From contig OZ223264.1 of NCBI GenBank assembly GCA_965140585.1, forward strand, positions 236,829-300,828: DNA of 64,000 nucleotides. Direction: 5' to 3'. Position numbers and translations under genes: made by a program. This document shows, piece by piece, positions 57,778 through 64,000 of the stretch. The stretch is from Spirochaetia bacterium (lineage in GTDB: Bacteria > Spirochaetota > Spirochaetia > UBA9216). Each line of letters starts with the position of its first letter. The first letter of the stretch is position 1. Under the pieces are notes generated by a model that worked only from the letters and a program-made list of their open reading frames with translations, was not told the origin of the DNA and searched no databases.

Positions 57778-58653
57778 ATGGAAGAAAATTGTTATATTAA
57801 TAGCATGAGCAGGAATTACATCGGAACACATGTCTCTACATACGGAGGGGTTGAAAACGCACCGCTTCATGCCGAACGGATAGGCGCGGAAGGCTTTGCG
57901 TTATTTACCCGCAATCAGCGGAGGTGGGAATCTCCTGCTCTTACAGAGGAAAGTATAAGCCTATTTAAACAGAGAATGAAGGAAGGCGGATTCACTCCGG
58001 ATGTTGTTCTGCCTCACAATTCCTACCTGATAAACCTGGCATCTCCTGATCCCGAAAAGTCAAAAAAGTCTTTTGATTCATATATTGATGAGCTCAACCG
58101 CGTTAATCTGCTTGGCCTTAAATATCTCAACATTCATCCGGGCAGTACTACGGGCCTTATCAGCTTTGAGCAGGGTATTGAAAACATCAGTACAGCGGTA
58201 AACCGGGCCAATAAAATGGTTCCCGATGTAATTACCGTACTTGAGACGACATCAGGACAGAAGAATAAGATCGGCGGACGCTTTGAAGAGATTGCTGCAA
58301 TAATGGACAGGATTAAACAGCCGGATCGCGTTGCTATCTGCATAGATACCTGTCATGTCTACGGCGCCGGCTATGACGTTTCAACTGAAGAGGGCTGTAA
58401 TGATATGCTTGAGCAGTTTGACAGGCTGCTTGGACTCTCCAACCTGAAGGGAATGCATCTAAATGATTCTAAAAGAGGTCTTGGTGAGCATATCGACCGG
58501 CATGAAAACATAGGGAAGGGCTGCATAGGTGAAACCGGATTCAGGTATCTTCTGAACGACAAGCGTTTAAAAGGCCTTCCGATGATTCTTGAAACGCCGA
58601 ATCCGAAGGAGTGGGAGGCTGAAATAGCACTTCTGCATTCATTTCTTGAATGA
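57778..58653 (+). CDS. nfo: Endonuclease IV (AP endonuclease, xylose-isomerase-like TIM barrel)
   Basis: IGTHVSTYGG, LPHNSYLINLASPD, LNIHPGS, VLETTSGQ, ICIDTCHVYGAGYD. Alternative start 57805. Confidence 0.85.
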   Translation: MEENCYINSMSRNYIGTHVSTYGGVENAPLHAERIGAEGFALFTRNQRRWESPALTEESISLFKQRMKEGGFTPDVVLPHNSYLINLASPDPEKSKKSFDSYIDELNRVNLLGLKYLNIHPGSTTGLISFEQGIENISTAVNRANKMVPDVITVLETTSGQKNKIGGRFEEIAAIMDRIKQPDRVAICIDTCHVYGAGYDVSTEEGCNDMLEQFDRLLGLSNLKGMHLNDSKRGLGEHIDRHENIGKGCIGETGFRYLLNDKRLKGLPMILETPNPKEWEAEIALLHSFLE

Positions 58654-58710
58654 CTCGTCCATAAGTGGTAAAATTAGTACAAACTGGGTGGGGAGAATAT
58701 AAAAATCTCA

Positions 58711-60507
58711 ATGGCAAAACAAAAGAAATCCGCATACGATGAAAGCAAGATAAAAACGCTAAGCTCTCTTGAGCACATCCGTCTGCGTACCGGTATGTAT
58801 ATCGGACGACTAGGAGACGGTTCAAACCTTGATGACGGTATATACGTCCTTTTGAAGGAAGTTGTTGACAACAGTATTGATGAGTTCATCATGGGCAACG
58901 GTAAGAAAATAGTAATCAAGGTTGAGGACAACAAGGTTGTAGTTCGTGACTACGGCCGGGGTATTCCGCTTGGAAAGGTTATTGATTGTGTTTCAATTAT
59001 AAATACAGGTGCAAAATACAACGACGACGTATTTCAGTTTTCGGTCGGTCTTAACGGTGTCGGTACCAAGGCGGTAAACGCGCTTTCCATAAACTTCAGA
59101 GTCGTTTCATTCCGTGACGGCAAGTTCTTCGAGGCAATCTTTGAAAGAGGTATCCTGCAGAAGAAACGCGAAGGAAAGAAGGCCGGCGAGCCCGACGGAA
59201 CCTACGTTGAGTTTATTCCGGACAAGGAAATCTTCGGAGAGTACACATTCAACCATGAATACATTGATCAGCGTATCTGGAATTACGCATACCTGAACAG
59301 CGGGTTGACGCTTTATTTTAACAAGAAAAAATATGAATCTCAGAACGGGCTTCTTGATCTTCTCTCGGCTGAAGTAGGAAATACCACCATTTATGATATC
59401 GGCTACTACAAGGGCGAACAGCTTGAGTTCTCCTTTGCTCACACAAATACCTACGGAGAAAACTACTTCTCCTTTGTAAACGGTCAGTACACCAGCGACG
59501 GCGGTACGCATCAGAGCGCTTTCCGCGAGGGCTTTCTAAAGGGGGTCAATGAGTTCTACAAGAAGAACTACAACGGTGTGGATGCCCGTGAAGGGCTTGC
59601 CGGTGCTGTTTCAATAAAGCTGAAAAATCCGGTCTTTGAAAGCCAGACGAAGAATAAGCTTGGTAATACTGAAATCAGGGCCTGGGTTGTAAACGAAGTC
59701 CGGTCCGGTGTTGTTGATTATCTGCACAAAAATAAGGAAGCCGCCGACAAGCTTGAGAACAAGATTGTCAGCAATGAAAAGCTGCGGAAGGAACTTAATG
59801 AAGTAAAGAAGGAAGCCCGTGAGGCAGCCAAAAAAGTTGCGCTTAAGATTCCCAACCTGAAAGACTGTAAATTTCATCTGGGTGACAAGAAGGGTGAAGA
59901 ATCCATGATCTTCATCACCGAGGGTCAGTCTGCATCTGGCTCAATAGTCTCTGCCCGGGATGTCTACAGGCAGGCAGTTTTTTCACTTCGCGGTAAGCCG
60001 TTCAATGTATTCGGAAAGAAGCGGGCGGCAATCTATAAGAATGAAGAGCTTTACAATCTGATGATGGCCCTTGGAGTTGAGAATGAAATTGACAACCTCC
60101 GCTACGGCAAACTGATAATCGCAACTGATGCAGATAATGATGGTTTTCATATTCGGAATCTTCTGCTTACATTCTTTCTCACCTTCTTTGAGGAACTTGC
60201 AACCGCAGGACGTATATATATCCTTGAGACACCGCTTTTCAGAGTAAGAAACAAGAAAGAGACCCACTACTGCTATAATATTGCAGAACGTGACGAGGCT
60301 ATGGCCAAACTCGCGGGCCCCGAGGTTACCAGATTTAAGGGACTTGGTGAGATTTCTCCGAAAGAATTCGGACAGTTCATCGGTGAGGATATGCGGCTGG
60401 TTAAAGTCGATGTGAAAACGATGAAAGATGTTCCGAATACACTTGAGTTTTTTATGGGTAAAAATACACCCCAGAGACGAAGCTTTATTATGGAGAACCT
60501 TATCTGA
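58711..60507 (+). CDS. parE: DNA topoisomerase IV subunit B (short spirochaete-type ParE)
   Basis: GHKL ATPase (EVVDNSIDE, SVGLNGVGTKAVNALS). Toprim (EGQSASGS, IATDADNDGFHI). 598 aa, like Borrelia ParE. Confidence 0.8.
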   Translation: MAKQKKSAYDESKIKTLSSLEHIRLRTGMYIGRLGDGSNLDDGIYVLLKEVVDNSIDEFIMGNGKKIVIKVEDNKVVVRDYGRGIPLGKVIDCVSIINTGAKYNDDVFQFSVGLNGVGTKAVNALSINFRVVSFRDGKFFEAIFERGILQKKREGKKAGEPDGTYVEFIPDKEIFGEYTFNHEYIDQRIWNYAYLNSGLTLYFNKKKYESQNGLLDLLSAEVGNTTIYDIGYYKGEQLEFSFAHTNTYGENYFSFVNGQYTSDGGTHQSAFREGFLKGVNEFYKKNYNGVDAREGLAGAVSIKLKNPVFESQTKNKLGNTEIRAWVVNEVRSGVVDYLHKNKEAADKLENKIVSNEKLRKELNEVKKEAREAAKKVALKIPNLKDCKFHLGDKKGEESMIFITEGQSASGSIVSARDVYRQAVFSLRGKPFNVFGKKRAAIYKNEELYNLMMALGVENEIDNLRYGKLIIATDADNDGFHIRNLLLTFFLTFFEELATAGRIYILETPLFRVRNKKETHYCYNIAERDEAMAKLAGPEVTRFKGLGEISPKEFGQFIGEDMRLVKVDVKTMKDVPNTLEFFMGKNTPQRRSFIMENLI

Positions 60508-62429
60508 TGTCATACGTAAAAAAACTTTTTAACGATAATTTTCTGGAATATGCATCTTACGTAATCAAGGACAGGGCCATTCCCGATCTCCAGGACGGAC
60601 TAAAACCTGTACAGAGGCGAATAATTCATTCGCTGTTTGAAATGGATGACGGTAAATTTCATAAGGTCGCAAATGTTGTAGGCCACTGTATGAAATACCA
60701 TCCCCATGGTGATGCTTCCATTTATTCAGCTCTGGTCGTTCTTGCCAACAAGGAACTGTTTGTAGACAAGCAGGGAAACTTCGGCAATATCCTCACCGGC
60801 GACCCGGCATCTGCTGCCAGGTATATTGAGTGCCGTGCTCTCCCCCTTGCAAAGAGGGTTCTCTATAATCCCGAAATTACAGAGTATACCGATTCCTATG
60901 ATGGAAGAAACAAGGAGCCGATCGCTTTCAGGGCAAAGATTCCGGTAATTTTGATTCACGGTGCTGAAGGAATTGCGGTAGGTATGTCCACTAAGATTCT
61001 GCCGCATAACTATGAAGAAGTTCTTGGCGCTGTAAAAACATGTCTTTTGGGAAAGGCCTTCAAGCTTTATCCTGATTTTCCCACCGGCGGCTATGTTGAT
61101 GTCTCCAACTATGAAGACGGAAACGGAAAGGTTCTTGTCCGCGCCAAGCTTGATACTTCTGATGAGAAGCGCATAGTTATCCGTGAGATTCCATTCGGAA
61201 CAACAACCGAGTCGCTTATGAACTCGATTGAGACCGCCGCCAGACAGAACAAGATTAAGGTTTCAAGTATTACCGACTTCACAACTGAGAAGGCCGAGAT
61301 AGAAATCAAACTTGCCCGCGGAGTTCATACCGAAGAGGTCGTTGATTCACTTTATGCCTTTACCGACTGCGAAGTTTCAATATCTGTAAATCTCCTTGTT
61401 ATCCGCAAGGGGCTTCCTGTAATAATGACTGTCACCGAGATTATCAAGTATTATGCCGCCCAGATTGTTGAAGTCCTCCGTGACGAGCTGAAGCTTGAGG
61501 AGCGCGGTCTTCTTGATAAGATACATGCAAGAACCCTTGAGAGAATCTTTATCGAGGAAAGAATCTACAAGCGGATAGAAACGATGAAAACCAGGGACGG
61601 TGTAATTAAAACCGTTATTACAGGTTTTGAACCGTATATGGATGAAATAAAGCGTGAAGTTACCGAGGATGACGTTGAAAGACTTCTCAAGATTCCTATC
61701 AGAAGGATTTCTCTATACGACATCAATAAGGCCAGAGATGAAATGGCCCAGCTTCAGGCAAGGCTTAAGGAAGTGCGACATCACCTGCGTCACATTACTG
61801 AATACGCTGTGTCTTTTGTCGATGCGCTGCTTCAGGGAGTTGCCGAAGAGCAGAAACGCAAAACTGAGGTTATTTCCTTTGACAAGGTCGATGTCCGGGA
61901 GGTTGCGCAGCGTAACCTGAGTCTGGCCTATGATGACAACACGGGTTACCTCGGCTACGATGTTAAATCGGGCAAAACTCTTTTTAATGTATCAAACTAT
62001 GACCGTATACTGGTTATCAGGGCAAGCGGGGTGTATTCGGTAATTGATGTGCCTGACAAGCTCTTTGTAGACAAAGGTATGCTCTTCTGCGGACTTGCCG
62101 ACAAGGATGAGATGGCTGAAACAATCTTCAGCATCCTTTATAAAAACAATAAAACAGGCTATGCCCACCTCAAGCGCTGTAAGATTGAGAAGTTCATACT
62201 TGATAAATCATACGAACTGATTCCCGAGGGAAACAAGATAATCAAACTGACAACCAAAGAGGATATTGAGGCCGCTGTTACTTATAAAGAAAAGCCGAGA
62301 TTGAAGGTTCTGGATGAAAGTTTCGACGTTTCGGGCTATCTTGTTAAGGGTGTTAAGGCTGCCGGAGTCAGACTTTCCGCGAAAGAAATAAAGAGCGCCA
62401 AGTTTGTGAAAAAAAAGTCAAAAAAATAG
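60507..62429 (+). CDS. parC: DNA topoisomerase IV subunit A (short ParC lacking canonical CTD)
   Basis: RAIPDLQDGLKPVQRR, YHPHGD. Active-site AARYIECRAL. 640 aa, like Borrelia ParC. ATGA-type coupling to parE. Confidence 0.8.
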   Translation: MSYVKKLFNDNFLEYASYVIKDRAIPDLQDGLKPVQRRIIHSLFEMDDGKFHKVANVVGHCMKYHPHGDASIYSALVVLANKELFVDKQGNFGNILTGDPASAARYIECRALPLAKRVLYNPEITEYTDSYDGRNKEPIAFRAKIPVILIHGAEGIAVGMSTKILPHNYEEVLGAVKTCLLGKAFKLYPDFPTGGYVDVSNYEDGNGKVLVRAKLDTSDEKRIVIREIPFGTTTESLMNSIETAARQNKIKVSSITDFTTEKAEIEIKLARGVHTEEVVDSLYAFTDCEVSISVNLLVIRKGLPVIMTVTEIIKYYAAQIVEVLRDELKLEERGLLDKIHARTLERIFIEERIYKRIETMKTRDGVIKTVITGFEPYMDEIKREVTEDDVERLLKIPIRRISLYDINKARDEMAQLQARLKEVRHHLRHITEYAVSFVDALLQGVAEEQKRKTEVISFDKVDVREVAQRNLSLAYDDNTGYLGYDVKSGKTLFNVSNYDRILVIRASGVYSVIDVPDKLFVDKGMLFCGLADKDEMAETIFSILYKNNKTGYAHLKRCKIEKFILDKSYELIPEGNKIIKLTTKEDIEAAVTYKEKPRLKVLDESFDVSGYLVKGVKAAGVRLSAKEIKSAKFVKKKSKK

Positions 62430-62497
62430 TGAATCCGGTAACAGCACAGCCTTTTCATGGTGTTCAATAGATAGACAATGGAAAGGGACGGATTTCA

Positions 62498-62974
62498 TTG
62501 AAGATTGACGTAGAACAATTTTACAGAAAATACGGTCCCATGGTGTTCAGGCGCTGCAAATCGCTTCTAAATGATGAAGATCGCGCTCATGACGCCATGC
62601 AGGAAGTATTTGTGAAGGTACTCAGAAAAGCAGACTCACTTAACGACAGAGCTCCATCAAGCCTTCTGTATACTATAGCAACAAATGTCTGTCTTAATGA
62701 ACTCCGTAAAGTCAACCGTCTTGTAGACAGCGGTAATGAGATAATTGAAACCGTTGCAGGGACTGAAAGTCATGAGAGAATAGTACTGACAAACCATTTT
62801 CTTGAACAGCTTTTCAGTCTTGAAAAAGAATCTACAAGAACAATGGCTGTGCTGCATTATGTTGAGGGTTATACCCTTGAAGAAACAGCACGTGTTATGA
62901 ACATGTCCGTTTCCGGTGTCCGAAAAAGGCTAAGAGGCCTCCGTGAGAGGGGTCTTGCGCTTAAGGAGGAATAA
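62498..62974 (+). CDS. ECF-family RNA polymerase sigma factor
   Basis: Region 2 (DAMQEVFVKVLRK). Region 4 HTH (LEETARVMNMSVSGVRKRL). Confidence 0.85.
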   Translation: MKIDVEQFYRKYGPMVFRRCKSLLNDEDRAHDAMQEVFVKVLRKADSLNDRAPSSLLYTIATNVCLNELRKVNRLVDSGNEIIETVAGTESHERIVLTNHFLEQLFSLEKESTRTMAVLHYVEGYTLEETARVMNMSVSGVRKRLRGLRERGLALKEE

Positions 62975-62977
62975 TCT

Positions 62978-63769
62978 ATGAAACCTGGAAAGCTGTTTCT
63001 TGAGCAATACAAACTGGGCGAACTGACAGATGAAGAAAAAAAGCAGTTCGAAGACAGTTTTGAAGATCCGAATGAACTTGAAAGACTCCTGAGAGAACTG
63101 GATGACTCAGATAAAGATTTCTTTAAAAAATTTCCCGTAGATGAGACAGTCGATTCAATAAAGGAAAGAAGTGAACAAAGCAAAGGCTCAAAGATTCTGA
63201 AGTTTCCGGTTTTCCGGATTTCAGCCCTTGCAGCCGCTGCAGCGGTTGTTATATTCGGCTTCAGCTTCTTTTACTCTCCTGTGAGCACAGGAGGCACAGG
63301 CTCGACTCCGGATGTAAATGCAACTGAAAGAATTAAGGGCATGAAGCCCTCTCTTAAAATATACCGGAGCCTCAGCGGTTCTGCTGAAATCCTTGAAAAC
63401 AGGGATACCGTTGCCGAAAAGGATCTTCTGCAGATTGAATACATTGCCGGCGGCTACAGGTACGGCATGATTTTTTCAATTGACGGACGGGGTACTGTTA
63501 CCATGCACTATCCCTCATACAGCGGAATAAAACCAGAGCTCGATAACAACGGGGCTGTTCTTCTACCGTATGCCTATGAGCTTGATGATGCTCCGGAATT
63601 TGAAAGATTCTTCTTTATAGCCGGAGGAGACTGGTTCAATGCCGATGAAGTTCTTGACGCAGCTTATGAGCTGGCTTCATCAAACAGTTCGGCAAGACGT
63701 AGTTTTCTTGATATCCCTGAAGAATACTACCAGACAACAATCTTATTAAAGAAGGGGGCTGAAAGATGA
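62978..63769 (+). CDS. Putative anti-sigma factor (single TM)
   Basis: Immediately downstream of the ECF sigma gene. TM helix ISALAAAAAVVIFGFSFF. Confidence 0.5.
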   Translation: MKPGKLFLEQYKLGELTDEEKKQFEDSFEDPNELERLLRELDDSDKDFFKKFPVDETVDSIKERSEQSKGSKILKFPVFRISALAAAAAVVIFGFSFFYSPVSTGGTGSTPDVNATERIKGMKPSLKIYRSLSGSAEILENRDTVAEKDLLQIEYIAGGYRYGMIFSIDGRGTVTMHYPSYSGIKPELDNNGAVLLPYAYELDDAPEFERFFFIAGGDWFNADEVLDAAYELASSNSSARRSFLDIPEEYYQTTILLKKGAER

Positions 63770-64000
63770 AAAGCCTTGTAAAAGATGTCCTGAAGAAGAT
63801 GCTTCTTCAGATAAGTATAATCGGATTTATATGCCTGCTTTTTCTTGTATCAGCGGCTGGCGCTTCTGCACAAACCTCAGTTATGAGAAGATACGCAGTT
63901 TATGTAGGCTCCAATTACGGCGGTCACGAAAGAGTAACCCTTTCATACGCTGTAACTGATGCAAGGGCTCTTTCTGATGTTATGCAGCGGCTCGGCGGTG
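63769..64000 (+). CDS. Secreted caspase-like (C14) domain protein, 3' truncated by window edge
   Basis: Signal peptide, then YAVYVGSNYGG...LSYAVTDARALSDVM resembling caspase-domain starts. Confidence 0.35.

Noticed and set aside
58711-62429. Short GyrB/GyrA-like pair as a phage-type or unusual topoisomerase
   Set aside because: Lengths (598 and 640 aa) and motif content match the known short ParE/ParC of spirochaetes such as Borrelia. This is ordinary core genome.
1-64000. CRISPR array / cas genes
   Set aside because: No regularly spaced short direct repeats with unique spacers and no Cas-like ORFs. The only direct repeats are the 92-bp pair at 16.2/16.8 kb.

Overview
This window looks like spirochaete-type chromosomal DNA. 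The inference rests on short Borrelia-like ParE/ParC, loose lipoboxes, and many GGDEF and HisKA_2 sensor proteins. It splits into two parts.

Part 1, about 1-18.3 kb, is a visibly AT-rich accessory island. It contains:
- the 3' end of a prophage late operon: a tape-measure-like C-terminus, a 1184-aa tail host-specificity protein, small structural ORFs and a lysis cassette that includes an unannotated 57-aa holin-like gene;
- a prophage-borne EcoRII-like restriction enzyme with an HTH-fused Dcm-type C5 methyltransferase and Vsr;
- several small ORFs bounded by 20-bp perfect palindromes;
- an Abi_C (abortive infection) gene interrupted at a T6A4 homopolymer;
- an unrecognised two-gene operon (431 aa plus a 364-aa PD-(D/E)xK-like protein) that is the best candidate for a novel defence system;
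- a lipoprotein gene flanked by 92-bp direct repeats;
- an orphan Rhs C-terminal toxin with a small membrane immunity gene.

The island ends at a GC-rich stretch with three hairpins, followed by ssb.

Part 2, 18.8-64 kb, is about 50% GC core genome. It contains a TPR protein, an NtrB/NtrC-type two-component system, NADH oxidase, a GntR-SPFH-ABC(FtsX)-LolA-like-beta-barrel operon, azlCD, GGDEF proteins, OhrR-like MarR with glutathione peroxidase, a LysR/SDR pair, an Ssu-like ABC transporter, polyferredoxin, MFS, nfo, ppiC, parE/parC and an ECF sigma/anti-sigma pair. At 51.2-57.4 kb there is a conspicuous gene-decay locus: several pseudogenes, a Cache/HisKA_2 kinase with an in-frame stop inside its RPWY motif, and a response-regulator gene truncated by an AT-rich insertion carrying a beta-lactamase-family pseudogene.

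No CRISPR array, rRNA or convincing tRNA was found.
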